Both the position numbers and the translations under genes were made by a program. The notes under the pieces are model-generated. The model did no database searches. It was given only the letters and a program-made list of their open reading frames with translations, and was not told where the DNA came from. From the sequence record SRR31156797_5435: a stretch of 64,000 bases of DNA; one strand, 5' to 3'. Below, in pieces: positions 30,583-38,732 of this stretch. Position 1 is the first letter of the stretch. Each line of letters begins with the position of its first letter.

Positions 30583-32751
30583 TTATGTCTCCTTTATCGG
30601 CATAATTTTCCATCTTGTTGCAAAAAAATCTTCCGACGGTTTGGGAATCATTAGTCCGATTTCCATCAACTCAGCGCCGGATCGTACCGTTTCATTGACT
30701 TGATACAGTTGGTCATTCTTTAAGGATTTCAGCTTTAAGCGCTTTGGAACTGTGTTTGGTTTATTTAAAATATTGATATGAGTAACGATCACTTCACTCG
30801 TCATTAAGTTCTGTTTTTGCCATGCGTATTCATTTTGTGAATCATAGACAGCGAGTCTCGTCTGTTGACCAAATTGGAGTGTTTGCCTTTCTAGCTTGTA
30901 CTGCTTGATCTGTTGTGCCAAACAATCTTTTTCTGCTTCAGATAATGCTAAAAGATTCAATTCATATCCAAAATTGCCTTGTTGAGCCACAAGTGCTCGT
31001 GTGTGAAGGGAGGTCACTCTGCCTACTTGGTGATTCGGCGATGCTGTGACATGGCAGCCCATCGTGCTGGGTGGATAAAGCAGTGAGGTCCCTTTTTGGA
31101 TTTCTAATCTTGCGATGGCATCAGAGTCATCACTTGTCCAGATTTGAGGCGTGTAATATAGCATGCCCGGATCAAAACGACCGCCACCTCCAGCACAGCT
31201 TTCTATCAAAACATTAGGAAATCGCTTAGTGATCGTTTCTAAGACATGATATAAGCCTAAAATATAGCGATGAGAAAATTCTTGCTGATGTTCTTTTTTC
31301 AATCCACTAGAAAAGCTGTCAGTGATATTGCGATTCATATCCCATTTCAAATAATTGATCTCATGGGTGTCTAACAACCAGGTTATCTGTTCAATCAAAT
31401 ATTTTTGGACTTCATTTAAAGACAAGTCTAAAACATACTGATATCGGACTTGCTGTGGTCGACGATTTGGTACACGTACGATCCATTCGGGATGCTGCTG
31501 GTAGAGAAGGCTTTTTTTCGATACCATCTCTGGTTCGATCCATAAACCGAAATCGAGTCCTAGCTCTTTGATTGCCGTAATCAGTTGTTGCAAACTGCCC
31601 CCCAATTTTTCTTGATTTGGTGTCCAGTCACCTAACGACGTTCGTTCATTTTCTCGCTTGCCAAACCAACCATCATCTAAAACAAAGCATTCGATACCGA
31701 TTTTAGCGCCCTCATTAGCTAATCGCAAAATGCGTTCTTGATCAAAGTCAAAATAGGTTGCCTCCCAATTATTCAATAAAATCGGACGCTCTTTGTTTTT
31801 AAAAGCACGAGGTACGACACAGTCCTCATAAAAAGCATGAAATTTCTGACTCATTTGATTCAAACCATCTGCATACAAGAAAATCGCTTCTGGCGTATCA
31901 AATGATTCACTCGGAGCTAATGTCCAACTAAAGTCGAAAGGATTGATCCCGATTTGCATCCGGGTGTTTTGATGCATGTCGACCTCGGCGCTTGCAACAA
32001 AATTCCCACTGTACATTAATTGACAAGAGATGACCGCACCAGCTGCTTCTGTGGTATCTGGGGAAACTAACGCTATAAAAGGATTTTGTCCATGACCACT
32101 CGCCCCACGTTTACTATCGATTCCCTGCAGCCCCTGAACAAGTTTGCGTCTTGAAAGATGCATTTCTCTACCCCAAGCCCCTGATAAAAGTAATAACTCA
32201 AAATCATCCGTTAAAAAGTCAAGATTGAGAGACATCGCTTTGGTCAATACGACCTCCTGATCTGAAGGATTACTAAAGGTGACCGATTGTGTAAAGACAT
32301 CTTGCTCCTGAAACGCAGTGATCTTTAGGTGGAGACTCACTCCTGTATAACGATCGCTTAATTCAATAATTAGATAATCAAGCCTTTCAGTATTTGCGTA
32401 AGGCAATCCATTAAGTGGCTGTTTGATTTTACTAAATGAATGATCAACGTATCTAAAATCTGAAAGACGGCTGCCGTCAGCGTAAATTTCTTGATGAGCT
32501 GGACTTCTTAGATCAGAATTGCCAAATGCAGGATAGCCTACAGGTATCTGTTCCAGCTTAAAGTTTTCAATACTGTCGGTATCAGCCAGATAGCTTGCCC
32601 TTGGAATCTCCGTGATCACATAGGATAGATCACTTTTAGGTAGTTTTTTTCCAAAATAAGCCAAAGTTAGATAGCCATTCTCTGTGACTATAAAGCTAAG
32701 TTGGCTGTGCTTTGTTGTAAGCGTGATCGTTTCTTTGCCTGAACAGTTCAT
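30583..32751 (-). CDS. GH36 alpha-galactosidase
   Basis: 'NNWEATYFDF', 'FVLDDGWFG', 'YLKWDMNR', 'ESCAGGGGRFD', 'WTSDDSD'. Confidence 0.93.
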   Translation of the reverse strand: MNCSGKETITLTTKHSQLSFIVTENGYLTLAYFGKKLPKSDLSYVITEIPRASYLADTDSIENFKLEQIPVGYPAFGNSDLRSPAHQEIYADGSRLSDFRYVDHSFSKIKQPLNGLPYANTERLDYLIIELSDRYTGVSLHLKITAFQEQDVFTQSVTFSNPSDQEVVLTKAMSLNLDFLTDDFELLLLSGAWGREMHLSRRKLVQGLQGIDSKRGASGHGQNPFIALVSPDTTEAAGAVISCQLMYSGNFVASAEVDMHQNTRMQIGINPFDFSWTLAPSESFDTPEAIFLYADGLNQMSQKFHAFYEDCVVPRAFKNKERPILLNNWEATYFDFDQERILRLANEGAKIGIECFVLDDGWFGKRENERTSLGDWTPNQEKLGGSLQQLITAIKELGLDFGLWIEPEMVSKKSLLYQQHPEWIVRVPNRRPQQVRYQYVLDLSLNEVQKYLIEQITWLLDTHEINYLKWDMNRNITDSFSSGLKKEHQQEFSHRYILGLYHVLETITKRFPNVLIESCAGGGGRFDPGMLYYTPQIWTSDDSDAIARLEIQKGTSLLYPPSTMGCHVTASPNHQVGRVTSLHTRALVAQQGNFGYELNLLALSEAEKDCLAQQIKQYKLERQTLQFGQQTRLAVYDSQNEYAWQKQNLMTSEVIVTHINILNKPNTVPKRLKLKSLKNDQLYQVNETVRSGAELMEIGLMIPKPSEDFFATRWKIMPIKET

Positions 32752-32763
32752 TGGTCGCTCCTT

Positions 32764-33894
32764 TTACCAAATCAAAAAATCTTTATCTAGCAAGCGTAAA
32801 ATCGCTTCGACAAAATAATAATCACTGTAAATGATCGGCACTTCTGTCCACGGTTCATCGTGATAGCTGCCTGTTGCGCAATCAATCAAACCGTCTTTTT
32901 CCTCATCCCAAATCGCATAGTTGGCCTCTGTCGCTTTTAAAATATTGATCGCCGCATCTGTGTAAAGATCTTTTTCTAAATCGTCTACGTGTTTTGCGAT
33001 TTCCAATAGGCCACAGGCAGCACATAATCCAGCAGAAGTATCGATCATCACGGGATTTTTAGGTGAACGAAAATCAACAACTGGTATCCAGTCTGTTTTC
33101 GAGACTTCCGCAATAAAATAGTGAGCAACTTTTTTGGCTGTTTCTAAATATTCCTTTTTCCCCGTATGCAGATAACTTAATGCAAATCCATAGATTGCCC
33201 ACGATTGACCACGAGACCAAGCAGAACCTGAGGCATAGCCTTGTCCGGCTGGTGTTTCAACTAGTTCACCGTTTGTTGGATCAAATACACCGATATGATT
33301 GACTGAACCATCTGGTCGAACGATGTGATTCATTACTTTGTCGGCATGGTCTTCTGCCATATAACGAAAACGTGGATCACCGATTGCTTCTTCTGCCCAA
33401 TACAACAAGGGAATATTTAGCATCGAATCAATAATGACCCAACCGGAACGATCGCGATTCCAAGAGCGAATAAAACCTCCTCTTGGATTGTAGCGACCCG
33501 CTAATAGATGTGCAGCATGTAATCCTCTTGCTTTTGAACGCTCATTTTCCGTCAAACGGTAATTAGCGACCGCTGTATGCAGCCACATAAACCCAACATC
33601 ATGATGCAGTCCGGTGTATTGATCGAAAGCTTTATCCAACCGAACTTCATTTATTTCTGCTGTTTCTTTATAGGCTGGTTTCCCAGTTGCGTGATACATC
33701 TGCCATAACATCCCAGCCCAAAACCCATTGGTCCACCACACGGGATCAGTTACACCTTTATCTTCTTCATATAAACCTGTCATCTCATTAGGAATGTACG
33801 GGATTTTTTCCCCCACCCGCGCTACTTGTACTTCTAATTTGTGGTCGATTTTTTCAAAAATTTTTAGTGCCCATTGTTTGATTTCATCATTCAT
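32764..33894 (-). CDS. ugl: GH88 unsaturated glucuronyl hydrolase
   Basis: 'WTNGFWAG', 'HDVGF', 'IIDSMLN', 'WSRGQSWAIYG', 'DTSA'. Confidence 0.9.
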   Translation of the reverse strand: MNDEIKQWALKIFEKIDHKLEVQVARVGEKIPYIPNEMTGLYEEDKGVTDPVWWTNGFWAGMLWQMYHATGKPAYKETAEINEVRLDKAFDQYTGLHHDVGFMWLHTAVANYRLTENERSKARGLHAAHLLAGRYNPRGGFIRSWNRDRSGWVIIDSMLNIPLLYWAEEAIGDPRFRYMAEDHADKVMNHIVRPDGSVNHIGVFDPTNGELVETPAGQGYASGSAWSRGQSWAIYGFALSYLHTGKKEYLETAKKVAHYFIAEVSKTDWIPVVDFRSPKNPVMIDTSAGLCAACGLLEIAKHVDDLEKDLYTDAAINILKATEANYAIWDEEKDGLIDCATGSYHDEPWTEVPIIYSDYYFVEAILRLLDKDFLIW

Positions 33895-35669
33895 TTCGCA
33901 AATCGCTCCTTTTTAATTGTTAAATCAACGTTTCCCCTAAGTTGAAACGCATTATTCGTTTCATGAAAAGTAACTTTTGGAAGCAGCTGCTTGGTTTTTT
34001 GACCAATGATATGCGCAACCAAAACAGTCCGCCCAGCTTCGATCACAGTCGTTAACGTCGGAACTGCATTTTTTTCACTAGAATAAATATTGGTGTTAGG
34101 TCCTTGAGGAATCACTCTGGCAGTTCGCACATCACCAAGATTACGAATGATCGATTCCCCTTGTTCGTTTTCAATAGCGCAAGAATTCTCCTGAATGATC
34201 GCCTGATTGTATTTGCGGTTCCAATTTGCCAAAGGAAAACCACCTTCAACCACTTCCAACGGTTGGTTTGTATGAATCTCATGGATGCGGATATGATTGG
34301 CAGCATCGATTGGAACCAAATACGTCGTGATCGAAACCTCTTGCCAGACATGCCAAAAACTAACCCCATAGGAATCATACATCTTTGTTTTTTCAATTTT
34401 CCCACGGGTCATATACTGCTGATGACCGGGTATTGAAACTGCTAACGTCGAATCGATTGCAAATTGCTCGATTCCTTGGATATCCCGCGTGACATTAAAG
34501 CCAAAATAGCTTGAATAAGCAAACTTGCTGTACTTTTCAAAATGATGGTACAAAAGTGGATTATTGCTACATTGCAAACTACTTAACGCGGTTGTCTGAT
34601 GTAAGTCGTGATTGATATGAAATCCAGCATGTGCTTGAACAGTTTTATCTCTTCGTTGGATGTTCATGGCGCTGATCGCCTGCCAAAACTCATGCTCTTC
34701 AGGGAGTGCGAGCACAACAAAGGTTTTAAATGCCCACATAGGTGACCCGGGGGCATTGTAATCTTCCGATAATAATTGCTGATTGTATCCATATCCGATC
34801 GAGAGGTTTTGTTCTTTAGGTAAAACGATAGGTCTTTTTTGCCAATCAGAAATATTTTTTTCCATTAGTCCTTTTATTTCGGACACAGACAAACTCGTTT
34901 CTCGATAGGCCTCTGTAAGCAAAAGCGCACTCCAAAACGAACAATGTGCAAAACGATAGGTCAAACTACGACCAAAAGGAATCGATCGACCCTCTGCGTC
35001 AAACCAGTGTTTAAACGATTCTGCAAAAATGATGGCTCGCTTTTTGTAGCGCGTTTTGATCTCTTCAGGAAAGCAATAATTGATCAATAACCCATAAAAG
35101 TGAAAAGCAAAAGCAACATAATAATCTCTTTGGCGATTGACCCCATCTGAGTACCATCCTTCACCTAAATAACATTCTTCAATTATTGCCAATGCTTCGT
35201 CTATTTTTTCTTGAGAATAAGGACTATTATTTTTCTTCAAACCAAGATTGACCAATAGCAAAAAGAAAAACCAATTGCCCTTGGGCAGATCAATCTCGTT
35301 GATTTGATATAACCATGCGAGGAGTTCTTTTTTACCTTTGTTCGAAAATAGTTGAAAGAAGGAGGATGGATAACGACCCAATATAAAACCTAATACACCT
35401 AATTCCACTGCAATCTGGCGATTTTCTGTTGAGAGTTTAGGTAAATTTCCTTCTTCGACACAATCAATAAAATCTTGGACAGTGTCGAATGTCTTGAGCT
35501 TCTGGGGTTGGTCACCATACGCTGGGAAAATCCCCCAAAAACTCCTCATTATTGCTTCAAACGATCGAATTTCTTTGGTATAGCTGCTACCGCTTTGTGC
35601 CAGATATGAGCGATCGTTGGGCAACATCCTTTCCATCCACATCTGCAAGTCTTTTTTAGAAATCATCAT
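33891..35669 (-). CDS. DUF2264 protein (GH154-like putative beta-glucuronidase)
   Basis: 'NWFFF', 'YLGEGWYSDG', 'DYY..FAFHFY', 'FGRSLTYRFA', 'EDYNAPGSPMWA', 'KYSKFAYSS'. Confidence 0.85.
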   Translation of the reverse strand: MMISKKDLQMWMERMLPNDRSYLAQSGSSYTKEIRSFEAIMRSFWGIFPAYGDQPQKLKTFDTVQDFIDCVEEGNLPKLSTENRQIAVELGVLGFILGRYPSSFFQLFSNKGKKELLAWLYQINEIDLPKGNWFFFLLLVNLGLKKNNSPYSQEKIDEALAIIEECYLGEGWYSDGVNRQRDYYVAFAFHFYGLLINYCFPEEIKTRYKKRAIIFAESFKHWFDAEGRSIPFGRSLTYRFAHCSFWSALLLTEAYRETSLSVSEIKGLMEKNISDWQKRPIVLPKEQNLSIGYGYNQQLLSEDYNAPGSPMWAFKTFVVLALPEEHEFWQAISAMNIQRRDKTVQAHAGFHINHDLHQTTALSSLQCSNNPLLYHHFEKYSKFAYSSYFGFNVTRDIQGIEQFAIDSTLAVSIPGHQQYMTRGKIEKTKMYDSYGVSFWHVWQEVSITTYLVPIDAANHIRIHEIHTNQPLEVVEGGFPLANWNRKYNQAIIQENSCAIENEQGESIIRNLGDVRTARVIPQGPNTNIYSSEKNAVPTLTTVIEAGRTVLVAHIIGQKTKQLLPKVTFHETNNAFQLRGNVDLTIKKERFAK

Positions 35670-36088
35670 TAAAAGAAATCCTCGAATGATTCTTTGATAG
35701 AAGGACGTAAATTTTGAACAGTCATCCCCTTGCGCACCTCTTCAATAATTGCTGCGATCTGCTGTTCTGATGTGCTTTGACTAACTATAATTTCCATAGC
35801 AAGAGGGAGATTCATACCGGTAACTAATACTACGTTCGGTTGCTGGGTCAAACGCATGGCCGAGTTACAAACACTGCCACCAGCAATATCACCTAGAATA
35901 ACAACTTGTGTTTCCTCATCGATCAGCGCTTCGATTTGATTGGTGATCAAATCTGGATGGCCTCCTGGCATCAGTCCAAAGGCATATAAATTTTCCTGAG
36001 TGCCGATAATCATTTCTAATGCTTTTTTCAAGCCATTGGCTAATTCGTTATGTGAGATCAAAAAATATTTTTTCTTCACTTTGTTCAC
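35669..36088 (-). CDS. Mannose-family PTS EIIA
   Basis: 'LISHNELANGL', 'GDIAGGSV', 'TGMNLPL'. Confidence 0.9.
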   Translation of the reverse strand: MNKVKKKYFLISHNELANGLKKALEMIIGTQENLYAFGLMPGGHPDLITNQIEALIDEETQVVILGDIAGGSVCNSAMRLTQQPNVVLVTGMNLPLAMEIIVSQSTSEQQIAAIIEEVRKGMTVQNLRPSIKESFEDFF

Positions 36089-36120
36089 TCCTTGTTCGAT
36101 TTTGCTATTCGCTTAGTTAT

Positions 36121-36138
36121 AAGCAATATGTATGCCAA
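36121..36138 (-). promoter_or_regulatory. Sigma54 (-24/-12) promoter for the EIIA-hydrolase operon
   Basis: TTGGCATACATATTGCTT (GG-N10-GC). Confidence 0.85.
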
Positions 36139-36240
36139 CTTTCTGTCGAAAGTGGCGAACTGTTTGTTTTTCCTTTTCGAAAATGATGCCTGCAACTGTC
36201 TCGAACGAGGACCAAACGTATTTATGTCGATCAAAAGCTA

Positions 36241-36275
36241 AGAGAACTTCTCTGAATCAACCAGAAAAGTTCTCT
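36241..36275 (-). terminator. Intrinsic terminator after EIID
   Basis: AGAGAACTTTTCTG-loop-CAGAGAAGTTCTCT on the minus strand. Confidence 0.6.
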
Positions 36276-36281
36276 ATCAAC

Positions 36282-37124
36282 TTATCCTGCAATACCTAGA
36301 ATCGTCAAAACGACTGATGCTAAAAACATCACGACTAATGCTAAAACAGGACGATTGTGTTTACGCAAGTAGGCAAAGCAACCCATAGTGATCGCTAACG
36401 GTAATAAACCTGGCATGATCGAGTCAAACACATTTTGCAGGTTGAAGGTCGTTCCTGACAATTCTGCAACAAAAGTTGTTCTAAACGTTACAAATTGAGC
36501 CGTCATTGCTCCCGTCATGATCAATCCCAACACTGCAGAACCTTTTGTAATTGCCGCAAAGGTACCTGATTTGAGTGCCTCTGAGATGAACTGACCGCCT
36601 GCTTTATAGCCTAACACCGTTGTAAACCAACGAATCAGCATGTTTGGTACATTTACGACTAATAAGAACAAGATCGGTCCTAAAATGTTTCCTTGTTCAC
36701 TGAGCCCTAATGCGATCCCGGTTGCAATGACTCGCAAGACAGAAAGATAAATCGCATCACCGATCCCAGCTAATGGACCCATCAAAGAAGTTTTTAATGC
36801 AGAGATCGAAGTAGCATCAAAAAACTCTCCTTTGTCTTTCATTGCCTTATTCTCTTCTTCCATCGATAACCCTAAAGCAGAGATAAAGCCATTCATTGCA
36901 GGTGCGGTGTTATAGAAATCCAAATTACGATTCATTGCTTCATAAAACTCATCGGTATCTTTTCCATATACTTTTTGTAAAAAAGGTGCCATTAACCACC
37001 CATAGGTAATTCCTTGTTGCTTTGTATAACTTGTACAAAACATTAAATATTGGTTTCTCCAGAACATTTTCGAAACGATTTTTCGTTCTTCTTTGTTTAA
37101 TTTAAGCATATCATTTTTAGTCAT
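36282..37124 (-). CDS. Mannose-family PTS EIID
   Basis: 'LKTSLMGPLAGIGD', 'FDSIMPGLLPL'; start position approximate. Confidence 0.9.
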   Translation of the reverse strand: MTKNDMLKLNKEERKIVSKMFWRNQYLMFCTSYTKQQGITYGWLMAPFLQKVYGKDTDEFYEAMNRNLDFYNTAPAMNGFISALGLSMEEENKAMKDKGEFFDATSISALKTSLMGPLAGIGDAIYLSVLRVIATGIALGLSEQGNILGPILFLLVVNVPNMLIRWFTTVLGYKAGGQFISEALKSGTFAAITKGSAVLGLIMTGAMTAQFVTFRTTFVAELSGTTFNLQNVFDSIMPGLLPLAITMGCFAYLRKHNRPVLALVVMFLASVVLTILGIAG

Positions 37125-37977
37125 TGAAAAAGTCATCTCCTTCGTCTTCACTTGCGGTCGATACAGTTGGACCACTGCTAACAGCTGGATTCTTCGCTGC
37201 TCTCAACTCTGCCATCACAACTAATGCTGCAACGATAAATCCGATAAATGCAATCTGTACTAAAGACAAGATACTACTTGACTGGGTTGTGATCACACCA
37301 TCTTTGACTTCGGTCGCACGTTGATAGAAAAAGAATGCACCTAAAGCAAATCCTAAAAAGTAATAGGGAGCCAAAGATTTTTGCCATAGCATTTTTAGTA
37401 GTAGAGCAAGACCAATTGCTGGTAGCATGGTTGAAGCGACGGTCATAGAACTTTGAACCCATTCAGGTAACCAGTCAACAAACGTTTTTACTGCATCGGC
37501 ACCTAAAAGGATAACGACAAAACCTAATAAGAAATAGCACAGTTCAAATCCCCAAAACTGAATATGCCATAATCGGCTGAATGCTCGATAATTGTGATCC
37601 TTAATATGTTTTTCAAATCGAGGAACTAATGAAGTGACAACCATCTTCATAACGGAATATAGCAAGGTACCTAACATGGAGATCGGTACAGCTAATGCGA
37701 TCGCTACATTTAAATCCGAACCAACGATCATGGCAAATGCAGCACCAAAAATGGATCCTAAAGTAATATCCGAAGGCATAACGCCTCCTAAACTAACATT
37801 TCCTAAGAAAATCAATTCCAGCTGAGCACCCATAATAATTCCTTCAGTCGGATGACCGAGAAGCATTCCTAATAAGGCAACGATAAAAATAGGTCTAGCT
37901 AGCTGAGTGGATCCCCACCAATCCAAAAATTTTGCTAAAGCGACGACAAATCCAACGATTAACGCATTGACTAACAT
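37117..37977 (-). CDS. Mannose-family PTS EIIC
   Basis: 'RPIF..LLGMLLG', 'GAQLELIFLG..SLGG', 'MLPAIGLALL'. Confidence 0.9.
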   Translation of the reverse strand: MLVNALIVGFVVALAKFLDWWGSTQLARPIFIVALLGMLLGHPTEGIIMGAQLELIFLGNVSLGGVMPSDITLGSIFGAAFAMIVGSDLNVAIALAVPISMLGTLLYSVMKMVVTSLVPRFEKHIKDHNYRAFSRLWHIQFWGFELCYFLLGFVVILLGADAVKTFVDWLPEWVQSSMTVASTMLPAIGLALLLKMLWQKSLAPYYFLGFALGAFFFYQRATEVKDGVITTQSSSILSLVQIAFIGFIVAALVVMAELRAAKNPAVSSGPTVSTASEDEGDDFFND

Positions 37978-37981
37978 AAGT

Positions 37982-38470
37982 TTAACCTCCTATTAATGAT
38001 TTCAAAGATTGTGGGGTATCATCTGGTAACGGTTGATAGCTAAAATCATACCCAGCATCAAAGATCTCTTTCAGTGTTTCTTTGTCTTCTTCTGATAAAT
38101 AGACAGTCTCTGTGATCTTTTCTTTGTCTGACAGACTACCGCCGATCCGTCCATAATTTGCCATATTCAACATTGGTTTCTCTTTAAGTTTTGGCACAAG
38201 ACCAGCGACATATTTCGGTTCATTTGTAACAACTAAGATTTTTAATTGTTCCGAGCGTGGATCATTCAAAATAGCAATCGCTTTTTCTAATGAGAGCACT
38301 GCAACTTTCACCCCTGAAGGCCCTGCCATTTTTAACGCACTTACTTGAATTTCGTTTTGTGCGATACCATCACTAACGACGACGATGCGACTAATCCCCA
38401 ACTCCTTCGACCATTTCACAGCTACTTGACCATGCACAAGACGGTCATCGATTCTTATCATTGAGATCAT
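37982..38470 (-). CDS. Mannose-family PTS EIIB
   Basis: 'RIDDRLVHGQV' phospho-His motif. Confidence 0.93.
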   Translation of the reverse strand: MISMIRIDDRLVHGQVAVKWSKELGISRIVVVSDGIAQNEIQVSALKMAGPSGVKVAVLSLEKAIAILNDPRSEQLKILVVTNEPKYVAGLVPKLKEKPMLNMANYGRIGGSLSDKEKITETVYLSEEDKETLKEIFDAGYDFSYQPLPDDTPQSLKSLIGG

Positions 38471-38508
38471 ATTGTTTCCTCCATTTTTTGTTTTGTCGTA
38501 TTACTAAT

Positions 38509-38526
38509 AAGCAATTTCTGTGCCAA
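38509..38526 (-). promoter_or_regulatory. Sigma54 (-24/-12) promoter for EIIBCD
   Basis: TTGGCACAGAAATTGCTT (GG-N10-GC). Confidence 0.9.
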
Positions 38527-38732
38527 GTTTCTGGCGATAACAAATATTTCGCTCATCTTCTCACAAGAATAAATAAAAACGCTATCATAAAAGGCTTTCT
38601 ATTTACTGATATAAAAAATTGTTCCTAGTTTAAAAAACAAAAAAAATCCATTCTTTCCAGCCAAAAAAGTGAAAACGAAACACTTGATCATCTGTCGGAA
38701 TGGATTGTTTTAGTGTCGAAGAAGAATTTTTA

